A stretch of DNA of 64,000 nt from Felis catus (taxonomy: Eukaryota), in contig NC_058386.1 of the NCBI RefSeq assembly GCF_018350175.1, positions 5,022,001 to 5,086,000 of the forward strand. Reading direction: 5' to 3'. Shown one piece after another: positions 50,637 to 62,941 of this stretch. The position numbers and the translations under genes are program-made. Below the pieces are notes generated by a model. That model ran no database searches. It was not told where the DNA came from and was given only the letters and a program-made list of their open reading frames with translations. Each line of letters opens with the position of its first letter. The stretch's first letter is position 1.

Positions 50637-51696
50637 GACCCACATATAAATTACACATTTGAAAATGCGAGCCACCATTCTGTGACAGCTAAGCTAATAA
50701 AACTACTGTTCATTTAATATAATTTAATATTGATAAAACTGTACATGGGTGTATGTATTTTATAGAAATGGAGGGCAAAATACAGTTGCAAAATTAAATA
50801 TTCACTAATGGGATTGATCACCCTGATATAAAATCACAACTAGCTTCATCCCGTGTTACAAATTATTTGTGTTACAAATAATCGGTTAAAATCACTGTCT
50901 AGCATTATTTTAGCACATTGTGTTTTCACGAGAAATATTTACAAAGGTAAAATTCTTCTCCATTACTACGGGACATTGTATCATGCTCCTCACTGTGTAC
51001 AGTATTAGCCGATGAGGCTGCTGCTAGCTCAGAAATGACAAAGAAGACGGTATAAAGTCGTTTTCTTAGGAACGATTGCCAAGGAATACCCTGGTGGTTA
51101 AGGAGAGATAACACCCGGTTTCCCATTAGAAAGCAAACACTGACTTTTCAGGTGGCTGCAAAATAGACTTTCACAGATCATTTTCACCGAAAACTCATTC
51201 ATTCTAGTTTCCTAATCTAAATATTCCATGGTGTTCAGGACAAACCCTGGGGATTTTTACCCTGGTTTCCACAGAGCTTCCAAAGACCTTGAGTCTGAAT
51301 TCCCATTTACAACAATCAGCCCTTTCTCAGTGAATTCTACGGGGTAGTTTTCAGAACGGTGTGAAGCTTCCATGTAAATAATTTGAGAAAATGACATGGA
51401 TGAAAAATAGAGGAGTGAAAAACAATATGGTTGAAAAAGAAGGGTTCCTGTTTGTTTCTTTTGCATGGAAATGCTCAGTACTCTGGTATCCCGAGTTTCC
51501 TTCATTTGCAGAATGTACTTGTGAAATTGCTTATTTAAATTCCACTCAGTCCATTCCCTAAGGCCATCTTGATTTTATGTATCCATATATACAACGAAGT
51601 GGTACGGGTGGGTAATATAGACAGTAAAGGAAGGTTTTATTTATTTATTTTCTTATTACTGTTTTGAACCAGTATTTCAGGCTCCAACATATTTAC

Positions 51697-51942
51697 TTTT
51701 TTTTTATTAGATTTTTTAAGTGCATTTATTTAATTTGAGAAAGACAGAGCACACAAGTGCATTTACTTAATTTGAGAAAGACAGGAGCAGAGAAAGAGGG
51801 AGGGAGAGAGAATCCCAAGCAGGCTCCGTGCTGCCAGCGCAGAGCCCGGTGTGGGGCTCACACACGTGAAACCATGAGATCGTGACCTGAGCCGAAACCA
51901 AGAGTCGGACGCTTCACCAACTGAGCCACACCCAGGGGCTCC
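51697..51942 (-). mobile_element. CAN-SINE (Fc3-like) with internal 30-bp duplication
   Basis: TSD ctccaacaYatt; aagtgcatttaYttaatttgagaaagacag at 51718 and 51755. Confidence 0.92.
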
Positions 51943-52114
51943 TCCAACACATTATCTTTTCCCAACACATTTTCTTTTAATCTGGACTATTTGGTTTGTC
52001 AAGTATATTCACCAGGGAATTTACTCTATAAGCATAAAATCTTTGTTTCTAACGTCTGCTCTTTGCTGAGTAGGATTGTCACAAAAATGAAGAAGCCAAA
52101 TTCACGGTGTTAAT

Positions 52115-52232
52115 ATCACTTTTTGTCATGTGGTGACCGGTTTATTTCATGTAGAATAATGTTCTCAGGGTTCACCCATGTTGCACCTTGTGTCAGAATC
52201 TACTTCCTTTTCAAACCTGTGTAGTATTCTAT
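52115..52232 (-). mobile_element. old L1M fragment
   Basis: ataatgttctcagggttcacccatgttgca...tcagaat...ttccttttc...tagtattcta. Confidence 0.65.
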
Positions 52233-54814
52233 AAAGCTGTCCCTTGATTTTGAACAGGAAGGGCACGTGCCGAGATCAATACTTTACAACAAAGCGGTTT
52301 TATCAGGACTCCACCTAATGTAAGGTGTTCCTTAATCAGCTACCCTCAGTGTAACATACCTCCAGTCCACACCTTGTGGTTGCTGTGCACACCACTTCTC
52401 TCTGCTCTCCAAGTTTTTGCCTGAATCAACTTCCACAGCCTAACACTTCCTTCCAATTTCCTCGCCATTTTACGTGATTGCTTTTGGCTTGCCGTGAACG
52501 CTGGCTAACTATAAATCCCTGGTCCCTTTTCTGCACTCCTTTTTCTGATATTTATTCCTGACAGGAATCCTGCACCTCTGTATGTAGAACTCTGTTATTC
52601 ACTTTCATCCCACATGAGAATCGTAGCTGGTAGAGAGCGCTGCAACGTGACTTTTCCCTTTGCTGTCTTTGTGGGAGTCCAGGACGTGGCCACATGGGTC
52701 CTGAGGCAGGACTGCAGATTTGGAGGACAGCAGGCTAGGAGTACAAAACAATCCGTTAGAATTAACTAACAGGAACTTAAATTAACACAGCGTCCACTTG
52801 GTTGGTGGTTTATGCATACTTTTTATCCTTCTCTATCGTGAATGAACAAATGGATCCTGAGAAACTGTCAGCCCATTCCCCTAACCTTCTGGCGTGTTTT
52901 GGACGTCTGTACCATGTTATCAGCTACCAATGAAACTGAAAATCTGATAAGGGCATAGCATGGCGGCACTTGTAATGTTAGATTCATTCTGTGCCCTGTT
53001 CCTTTTCTCGTTAGGGAAGGAAGAGAGCAGAGAGCTGAAACAGCTGGCCAAGCTGGCCAAGGTCCTGCGATTCCCAGGATTAAGTCCGGCACCCATGTTC
53101 CAGCGTCTGTTTCCTTCCTATCTGCTACCATGCATGTGTGTGCCCCTGTGCACGTCTACCAAGCATGTGGCTTACTTGGTGTGTGCCATCGTGGTGCCTT
53201 ATTTATAGAAGTGCAATCCGAGCACAAAAAGTCAATGAAATAGAATTCCATTCTTTATTTGTGTCTCTCCACGAATATTAAGAAGAATCCAATTAATGGT
53301 CTTTAGGAATGCTTTTATTTCCTTAATTCTGCCCCGTTTCATATTCTGGGCCCTCTTTTTCACCTACCTTCTCCCCAGACCATCCCTTTTTACTTTTCCA
53401 TACTATCTAAGTGGTATTATCTTCTCCCAGCTCATGAATCTACTCAGGCAGAAGAGATGGACACATTTTTATTGGAATTATCCAGGGCCGTTTGGGGGGG
53501 GGGGGGGCTCTGTTTGACTTTGTTAGGTCCCTGTACTCCAGGATATAGCTTAAAATCTCCTTCCCCAGCAAATCGTCAGGCAAGATAAGAAAAGATGAGC
53601 TAAATTAAGGGAAGGAATAGCTCTCTGAAAGATTAGCCTAAAGGCTGTTCACGAGTCGACCAACACACCAGTAGGGGAAGTCTTGGATTTCAGGATGTTT
53701 AGTCCTGATATGAGTAGCAATTTGTCAAGTGCAAGGATCTGAAGCATGTTCAAGACTTTTCACAAGAGCTGAGGTTTAGGGGATCACAGGTGTCTTAGTG
53801 AATTGAATCAGGATTTAAATAGCTTCCTGCCAGCTGGAATCACTACCAGGTCACAAGATCCAGTAGGAAAGGGTCAAAGACACACTTAAAACCAAGTACC
53901 AGATGGTCTGCAACCCAAGAAGAAAACTTTGCAGTCCACTGAGAAGTGTCTTTCACCCACTAGGACCTCAGATGCCTCACAGTGATGCCGGGGAGAGGTT
54001 GTCCCGGCGCTGCAGAGAGGAGGGGAGCAAGTCTTAGACAGACACAGAAGCGGTGCCGAACCCAGTTCACCTCAGAAAAGAAGGGTCATGCCTTCGTGCA
54101 TGACAAAGCATAGGCATCCGGGGGATAGATGCTTGCAAACATTGCTGACCAAAGTACATTTTAGCTCAGTGTCCATTGGAGTTAGGATCAGAAACAGGGA
54201 CTGTGTTTCTCTGTAAACATTTTTTTTTTCTAGCTCCCTGTGGAGAATTTCATGTTTACTGTTAGCTATCTGATAAAAGCTATGCTTGAACATTTCCAAA
54301 GCCGTCTACCATCAACTCATCGGAAAGATACCAAGTCATGCAAAAGATACCAACAGACTGGAACTATGCGTCTACTTTTCCAAGATGAATGCTGATGATG
54401 TGAATATCCCAGCCTTTCCTCCGGCAGCCCTAAGAGAACTTTAAAAGAAAACAGACTGTGGATCCGTGGCACCGAATTTAAGAAAAAGAAAAATCAAAGC
54501 AAAACTCAAGTATCTTATTATTTCATAAGTTGAAGATATAAATTGAACACAAAGACACCTGGAGTAGCATCTCAGGCTTCATGCCCAGGGAACAGTATCT
54601 GGAGGGAAGGAGGCGATGACCGGGTTGCACTCTGCAGGCTGGGAGACGTTGACTCCATGGTATATTGGAGTAGTTACCTATCTGTGGTGACATTGAAAGC
54701 TCTGGGAATCTTGATCTTGAGAAGCAGCAGACTACAGGAGGTGTGTTCCTTCAGAAGGCCCCACCATATGGGAGAGAATTGTACAACCTGAGGAGCTGAG
54801 ACACTTGAAGAGAG

Positions 54815-54915
54815 GCAAGTCTCTTAGTCAAGTCCCCTAACCTTTGAAAGCCTGTTTTGTCTCATCAGCTGCAAGGAGGGTGACACTGCTTACCTTCAGT
54901 GGGATTTTATCATCA
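54815..54915 (+). mobile_element. MIR remnant
   Basis: ttagtcaagtcccctaacctttg...ctcatc...cttaccttcagtggg. Confidence 0.4.
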
Positions 54916-55913
54916 CGGAGGTCAGAGGACATGCAAGGAAGTTCTATTTGATCTTCGCATTGATTCTTTTACACCTGAATTGAGTGAGGACTCTCTCAGT
55001 ACTCAGTGTCTTTTCTCTCTTCTTCAAAAGATAATTCAAGGAGGGCTTAACATTGAACCTGTGCAAACAGTGGATGCTCTGGCCTCATCCTTCTTCTGGC
55101 TCTTCTGTCAGCAGCTCATCCCACGTAGCCATCAAGACAGATGAAAAGGAGACAGCTGCCGAGCCGTGCAAACCCGGGTGGGAAATGCTTGTCTAGATTT
55201 CTAGTTGTGGGCCCCCTGTCTCTCACCTCGAAAAGAACACGCTTGCGTGGAATGCTGAAATGGAAGAGATATAGGAAGTCCTGACCGCATCCCTTCCTTC
55301 GCTTGAAGAGTGAAGGAGAGATAAAGACAGGCGCCTCAATGGCAACATCAGGACTGAAAACCCTGTCCCTTGTCTCCCAGACAATAGCTTTGGTCACCAC
55401 ACCATGTGCTTCGCTACAGATAGGAGCAAATTAGCTTCCAAAACAGTACACCCTGTGGGAAACTGACTTGAGGGTCAATAGTATGCATGTATTGACTTAA
55501 GGAATAGTCAAGCTGCAGAAAGGGTCGATGCTAGTTTTCTTTCCTTGACATTTTTTATTAATAATTTAGGCTATGGAGAAAGTAGGATGCCTTCTGGAAT
55601 TGATATGAGTTGTAAATTTTTAGATGTTAGCATGAAAAGTGAAATTAAGCCAAGAGATTAGGATGTTAGATTGTGACATTAAAATAATGCGAGATGCCCC
55701 GTTAGCACAGACTGATAAATGCAAGATGTGAGGGTAAGGAAATGCTAGTCTGTAATTTTTGCTCTTTACTGTGGTTTTTGTTTACGGTTCATTTAGAGCA
55801 GTTATGTTTTAATTGCATTTTAAAAAGATACCCAAACTCCCCTCTCCAAATGAATATTTCCTTTCCAAGTAGTCAATTTGTAAGCTTGCCTACTTATTCC
55901 AGGAATGTTTAAT

Positions 55914-55973
55914 ATTTTTTTAATGTTTATTTATTTTTGAAAGAGAGAGAGGGACAGAGTATGATCGGGGGTG

Positions 55974-56007
<34 letters not shown>

Positions 56008-56143
56008 TACACAGAATTGGAAGCAGGATCCAAGCTCTGAGCTGCCAGCACAGAGCCCGACGGGGAGCTCGAACCCATGAAGTGTGAGATCATGACCTGA
56101 GCCAAAATCAGATGCATATCCAACTGAGCCACCCAGGTGTCCC
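55914..56143 (-). mobile_element. CAN-SINE (SINEC_Fc2-like) with expanded (GA)n
   Basis: full element. Confidence 0.95.
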
Positions 56144-57147
56144 TTAAAATGTTTTTTTAATGCCTCCTTTAGAGCCTAAGTCATTTTCTTTAAATACTCT
56201 TATTAAACAGTTTCCCATGAAGTTTAGGTTGACATTTGTGATAGAAAAAAAAATCTTTATTTAGATAAAAAGTATGCGCTTATATAAAGGATGTGAGAGG
56301 ATGAGAAAATCATTTGGAATCAAAAGGGAAAAGGGGTAGATGACCCAAAATATGGCAGGGTCTTGTAAATGGATGTGTGTGTTCTGAAGGTACAGCAGAC
56401 AGTGGGAGATCAGGATGTGAAGGTGAGCCATTATGCCTTCCTCTATCTAGATGACTGTACTTTAGTTTGAATGAATAGCAGTTCTACAGGTGAACATGTC
56501 CTGTGCCGTGTTAGTCAGACCTTGAACCAGCGTTCTCCAGCAATGCTGTCTCTGTCTCCTGCCTCAGTCAAAGGCACTTCACTGCAGTGACTCAGTCTAT
56601 GTCTATTTTGACATGTATATAAGCTTAGACAGGAACCAAGTCACTCAAGTGTTGTTGTGGTTAGCCAATATGTAAAGGAGTGGTAGATGTGTGGGACCGA
56701 TATGAAGACGGACAAAGGATGTTGAAGATCTGTCCATTGTACATGGCACTCTGCTCTGTATTTGATGCAAAGAAGAGGAAAAGGAGAGCCTTTAACACCC
56801 AATGTCAAGTCAAAGAGACAGATGGAGGCTTCCTGGGTTTTCTTTGACTCAGTCATGCCACTGGATCCCAAAGCTGGCCTTCTGTGATTCGCCCGATGCA
56901 AGAAAGTATGCAGGCAGGGCAGGGTTGCACAACAGCAGCCATGCATTCGGAGTAAGCCCATAGGAGAGCATTTTTGAAGCATCTGCACTTCCCTGTATTT
57001 CAGAAGCCTTTTGGTTTTGGTGCCTTTTGTGGTGCAAAGCATGTCTTGTCCCAAGGACTCAGAAGCTACATCATTTCCCAGGGAGCCACTGGCATCAGCC
57101 CCAATTCAGAACTTCTGGGTCAAAGTCAGGTTTAAGAGAGCCTACTT

Positions 57148-57370
57148 GGGGCGCCTGGGTGGCGCAGTTGGTTAAGCGTCCGACTTCAGCCAGGTCACGA
57201 TCTCCGGTCCGTGAGTTCGAGCCCCACGTCGGGCTCTGGGCTGACGGCTCAGAGCCTGGAGCCTGTTTCCGATTCTGTGTCTCCCTCTCTCTCTGCCCCT
57301 CCCCCGTTCACGCTCTGTCTCTCTCTGTCCCAAAAATAAATAAACGTTGAAAAAAAAAATTAAAAAAAAA
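57148..57370 (+). mobile_element. young SINEC_Fc
   Basis: perfect 14-bp TSD aagagagcctactt at 57134 and 57371. Confidence 0.97.
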
Positions 57371-57899
57371 AAGAGAGCCTACTTTGATGGTCTTCATGCA
57401 AGATCGAAAGATGAACCCCAAGCAAGTGTTGAGAGCGATAGGCACTCTGTTGTTCTTTGCATCTACCAGTGACTTACTCCAAAGGGGATTCACTCATAAG
57501 AAAGACAGTTGATAAAGTAGAAATCTAAAAAACATAACTGAGCGTCTGCAATGAGGTATAGATTCCCCAGGTGGGAAGAAATGTGCCAGTCAGTGCTGAT
57601 ATATAACATAGAACTTGGTATTTTTATATGTACGTTTCAAATCCTTTTTAAAATGTAGGTGCATTTCACATCATCTAAAAATACAAATGCTGGGGCTAAA
57701 ATCAAAGGGAAAAATTGTATTTTATATTGACGGAAGGCCATCAGGAGGAGGACAGAGGAACTGAGGAGTAGGAAGATACAACCTCATTCATTAACGGGGA
57801 CTTGACGCTCTCTGTTGGACGGGGTGCCTGGGTGTTTATTTTATATGGTCTGTTTTTCTCTACAATCTACCATTGGCTCCTGCAATAGAAGCTCATGTC

Positions 57900-58135
57900 A
57901 GAGTTCCCTTCCCAGGGTGCCTAGTGGAAACTGCACGGTCCCTTGAGGTTTACTCTCCAGACCTCGCTGAGCATCCCGTCCACCACGTTCTGTTGGTTAC
58001 GGCACACCACAGGCTACGTCTAGTTCAAGTGTGTGCAGGCCGACTCCATGTACTTAGGGGATGAGCAGCCACTCGTGGCTGGGTGCACACGGATGTGTGA
58101 TGCGTTGGCAGTCAGTAAGAAAGTGATGTGCAACA
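57900..58135 (-). mobile_element. MLT1H/J-like MaLR fragment
   Basis: ggaaactgcacggtcc...ccaccacgttctgttggtta...cacaggct...ttcaag...gactcca. Confidence 0.5.
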
Positions 58136-59399
58136 TTTCTTTCTGCATTGACCCTGGCAGAGAACATGACCAGCGTCGTGATGTCCATAACTCGTGTCTT
58201 AAACCCTCAGGTGGTTCCTTTCATTACACAGTTGATATCTATGGGAAAACGAAATCTGGAGAAATTAAGGTATAAGTTCTACAGAAAATAGTCTTGACTA
58301 TATAATAGTCTAATTAAAAAGTTTACATGTTTTGGTATCCTGCAGCTAAATTTATTTCTGATTGTTCATTTGTTTTAATATACTTAGTATTGCAATAAGT
58401 TTATATGCATATAGTACAAAATTCAAAGATACTAAAGGGCATATAGTAAAACATAAGCCTCCTTTCTGTGTCTTTTTCCTTTGCTACCCAGAAACAACCA
58501 TATTGCTGAAATTGTGGAAAATTTGCCTTTACCTAGATTCATCCTATTCAGATCACATATTCAGGACAAAAATAAGGAGACCCATGGAGTCCGAAAGAGA
58601 GTCAGCAACTGACTGTACCACTTTCTGTGGATTTACGGATTAGAAACATAAATTGGAGCTGGGTGGGGTGGGAGGAGAAGCTTGGAGATGAATACAGATA
58701 AAAGTCCAGGAAGTTCCAGCAGGGCCCATCATCCTGAGCTGCAAAATGCCTGCAGGGTGACAGGGCGGAGGATGTGGAATCCTCAACCTGATCTCCCAGA
58801 GCATTTGCAAAAGCAGTTTTTGAAGGTCATATAAAATATGAATAAGGTGCATATGTTTATTTAGCTGATGCAGACTATGAATGACCCGCGTCACCGTGGG
58901 CACTACACTAGCGTTTGTCTGTGGTGCTGCAAAGAGGCTGTGATCACAAAAGAAGATTCAGGAAAGGTACCGGAGTTTGTCGGGAGGCAGGAAAACTTGC
59001 TGAGAAGTGTCCAGTTTCCAAGATTCATTTCAGACGTTTACGTGGGGCAGAAGCGAGGCTGCTGTGGGTTGAGAAGTCAGACAAAAAAAAGAGCAGGTCA
59101 TAGACAAGTCTGTTAGTGTTTGTGAAGCAGAAGGACATAGCCAGAGTACTCATGTGGTCACAGAAGTGCCTTTTTTTTTTAATAAGAAAGACTTGAACAT
59201 CAGCCTTTCCTCTTGCTATCAGCCAACTTTGTTGGAATTGAGCAAGTTTTCTGGAGAGTCACACATAGCCACCCCACCTTCAGTAGACACCTCACTTCCT
59301 GTAACTATAGACACCTGTTCCCCCTGCCCCATGATCCAGGTCAGGGATGACTGAGGAGGAGCTAATGACTATAGCTGGTGTTGACTGGATATACCCTGG

Positions 59400-59605
59400 C
59401 CTATCCAATTTACACACGTCATGCCATATCATCATCACAAAAATCCAACTGAGGACTTACTAGCTGTACAGTAGGTATAATAAGATGAGGAAACTGAGGT
59501 TTAAAAAGAGTAGCTGATTTTCGGAAAGTCACCCAGCTAGTAAGTGGCCAAGGTTGGTGTCCGATCCCTGCAGCCCAATAACAGAAGCCACCATGTTATT
59601 CTGCT
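59400..59605 (-). mobile_element. MIR
   Basis: agatgaggaaactgagg...aagtcacccagctagtaagtggc. Confidence 0.75.
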
Positions 59606-59957
59606 ATTCCTGAGACTGACAATAATATCAAGACCTGGGTGAAAGTGTACGGAGATATTTGATCACGTAGACCAAACCTCTGTAAGCATAGAGTCCACGA
59701 ATGTAGAAGTTGGGTCTAAGTGTTTTCCTTTGTCTCTATAGTTCCCGCTTATTTACATACTTCATTATAAACACAACTAACCTGAGTATCATCATCTGTG
59801 ACTTGAAGATTTCAGGGATTAGCCAGTGTGCAAACAAAGTCTGAAATAACATGGATTTATCCAGGGTACGGTAACTGAAATGACTCAACGCGGAGGAATC
59901 TATTCTCTTTGATGTGAGAGAGAGGTCTTTCATGGATAGACGGAAGAGGTGGTCAAG

Positions 59958-60448
59958 GGTGAAGATTAAATTTTATGTGTCGGCATGGCTGGCTCTGGTG
60001 CCCAGATGTTTGGTCAGACTCTAGTGTACTCACTGCTATGATGGTCTTGTAGATGTGAGTAGCATCAATTAGCACTTGACTTTAAGGAGATTACCCTTGA
60101 TAATATGAGGGGACCTCGTCCAGTCTCTTGCACACCTTCAGTGCAAAACATGAAGAGTCCCAGGAGTTAGGGATCGAGCTCAAAACTGTCACAGAGAAAT
60201 CTTGAGTTTCTAGCCTCTGAGCCTGTCCTACCAACTTCAGCTCCCACGGTCGTATAAGCCAATTTCCCAAAGGTAAAGCTGAATATACAGATACACTGGA
60301 AGGTAGATAGACAGATCTGTGGAACCTATATGGGCATCTCTCTACCTACCTACGTGTCATCGATGAGTCTGTCCTCCATTGATCGATCGATCAGTTGATC
60401 TATCATCTATCCTATCGGTTTTGTTTCTCTGGGAAACCTGATGATACA
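59958..60448 (+). mobile_element. MLT2 (MLT2B/D-like) ERVL solo LTR
   Basis: aattttatgtgtc...ggtgcccagatgtttggtca...gattacccttgataat...agccaatttcc...cctatcggttttgtttctctgggaaacctgatgataca. Confidence 0.85.
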
Positions 60449-62454
60449 GCCAGTGTGACAAGAGATGGAGCCAGGTTACGGAGAGCTTATCGGTGAAACT
60501 CCCGTTTCCACAACAGCTTTCTTTCAAGTTGGCAAAGGCTTGATTACTCACGTCTGGGGCTTCGGTCTGGACACGTTCACAGTATTTCTTCTTTGATTTT
60601 GGTGTGCTCTTGTCTTTGCTTAGAATTCTCTATCTTTACCATCAAATATTTCTTTTTTTCTCCTGATCTGTTTGCTTTCTTCTCTAAATTTCGTCGGTAA
60701 TTCTATACTCTTCTTTTAATTGCTTCAGAACACTTGTGCAGTATAACTTCCCGACAAGAAGCACTATTTACCACTGCAATATGCCAGTTGAGAAGCATGG
60801 TTTCTTGGGATCCCAGAAGGTGAACACATGCTTTGGCTCCAATGGATTCAGGGGATAATCATGTTCGGTGGTGTTAATTATGCAGTTGGTACCTAAACAT
60901 CGTTTGTATGTCCATGAGCCACCTAGCCAGGCATGAATGCTAATGGGCGTGCCTTATTTACCACAGGGATACCTAATCATTGTTTTATTGTAAATTTCAT
61001 CTGTACCTTTGGATTACAAACTCAACTGTTAACTCAGAATGTTAATGTTTACAAAAGTAATATAGCTTTATTATTTCATCAAAGATCCCTCAATAAAATT
61101 TAATAAAGCTTTGGTGCCAGATAAATCTCTTTGCAGAAACGTGGCTCTTGCAATTTATGATTCGACGGCGAAAACAGCAAGCTTTTAATCTCTATAAATG
61201 TCTTAGGTTATTTTCCTTCAATATTCCATAGCTAAGAAAAGCATTACCTTTTTCCTGTCCAGTTAATGTGTGCTTGAAGTATTAACGGAAGAGATAGATC
61301 CCTACGAGAGAAAGAACATATATAACAAAGATAGGTGAATATTTAATAAGATAGGTAGAAAATATATTACAAAATCAAGTACGAAATTTTATTGTTTCCT
61401 AGAATGTCCTTTTTCTTTTAAAATCTTCTTTGTAAATTATTTTTCTTCATTCCCTGTGCTGCTTAAATTTTCTCTGATGTCTTTGCAATGATATTGCTGT
61501 GCAGATACCTGAATTATGTCAGATCTACAGATCACGTGAGAATGTAGCCATAGCAACGGACAGGCCAGGTAATGGTTCTGATTTTATATAGATTCATGAG
61601 CCCTTAAAATTAGACCTTTTCCATTTTAAGAAAAAAAAAAAAAAAAGAAACGTTTCTACCCTTAAGAATTAGGAATGCTGAGTAGTTTTACCCTTTACAA
61701 TCATATGTACGAATGATTGTATTACAATTATTGTGAGAGTAAAATGCAGTGAATAAAATATAGATTCTATTGTGAAAATGTCAGAAGTGTAAATTGTACA
61801 TCAAAATAGAAAATTTGTAAACCTCACTCCCTCACATTAGTGGAAAGAGTGGTCTAAATTATGTTACAACTGTAACATAAAAGGTTTCCCATTTTAAAAA
61901 TCTGTACAATATATGAAAGAGAACTTTGCTTTGCAAAGATAACATTTTGCTAGGCAATGTCTAAATCTCATGAACTCTCAATTAGATCAGCAATAATGAG
62001 ATGTTATCTTAGGAGGGGAATGTCTTAATTAGTGAGTGCAGCTTAATCTGGTGTTTGCAGAAGTGGCTTTATATCAAGTGTGGAACCTGCATTGACACCT
62101 GATTTTCCTCTACCTATGCTATCCTTTCTGATGCACAAGGAACTCTCCAGTATAACATCTGAAGAGTACGAGATCCCGATGTAAACTTCTGAGGACTTAT
62201 ATTACGGTGCACATTTTCCAGGGCAGTATTTAAAACAAAAACGTTAACATCAATAAAGTATTCATGTTGTGAGCAACTCATTTTCCTCCTTAAAAATTGC
62301 CATCTCATCTGCATAAATAAATAACGTTAAATTTTAAAACCTCTACCAGTTCATGCCACCCTAAATTATTCTCATCACACCCTCCTCTTAATGATCCATT
62401 ACTCTTTAGAATCAGTATTCATGCCGGGACCTTAAATTCATATTACTAACTACA

Positions 62455-62850
62455 AAAAGCTACTCTGAAAGGATTGTTGTATGATCCCAACTCTGTGACA
62501 TTCTGGAAAAGGCAAACCAATGGAGACAACAAAAATATCAGTCGTTGTCACGGCACAAATAGAGCACAGAGAGTTTGGAGGGGGGGCATCGTAAGGACTC
62601 TGTATGGTATTATAATGAGGCATATATGTCGTTATAAATTTGTCCAGACGCAAAGAATGTTGTGCGAATGCTAAAATAATGTGCGGATTTGGGGTGATAA
62701 TGATGCATCGGTGATGTTTCATCAATGGTAACAGATGCACCACTCTAGTGGGGATGGAATGTGCCTGTAAAGGATTAGGGGGGTTATGAGAAATCTCTGT
62801 GCCGCCCCCCTCAGGTTTGTTGCAAACTTAATACTGCCCTTAAAAAATAA
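62455..62850 (+). mobile_element. old L1MC1/2-like 3' end
   Basis: tgtatgatcccaact...gacattctggaaaaggcaaac...tttggggtgataatgatg...caccactctagtgggg...gaaatctctgt...aaaaaataa. Confidence 0.85.
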
Positions 62851-62887
62851 GGGCTTTTAAGAACAGTTTTAAGTTTGCAACAAAGTT

Positions 62888-62941
62888 CAACCGACTGAGT
62901 TTGCAGTCAGATTCTCAATCGATTAGGCCACCCAGGCGCCT
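62888..62941 (-). mobile_element. CAN-SINE head fragment
   Basis: caaccgactgag...ctcaatcgattaggccacccaggcgcc. Confidence 0.6.

Noticed and set aside
9023-57370. tRNA-like A/B boxes (tggctcagtcgg, gttcgagcc)
   Set aside because: They are heads of tRNA-derived SINEs followed by (CT)n and A tails, not tRNA genes
232-57493. Many ORFs such as MWGAWVAQSV..., ...EFEPRVGL..., ...FRFCVSLSL...
   Set aside because: These are translations of CAN-SINE sequence, not genes
60375-60420. gatcgatcgatc palindromic run
   Set aside because: Part of the simple-repeat region normally found near the 3' end of MLT2 LTRs
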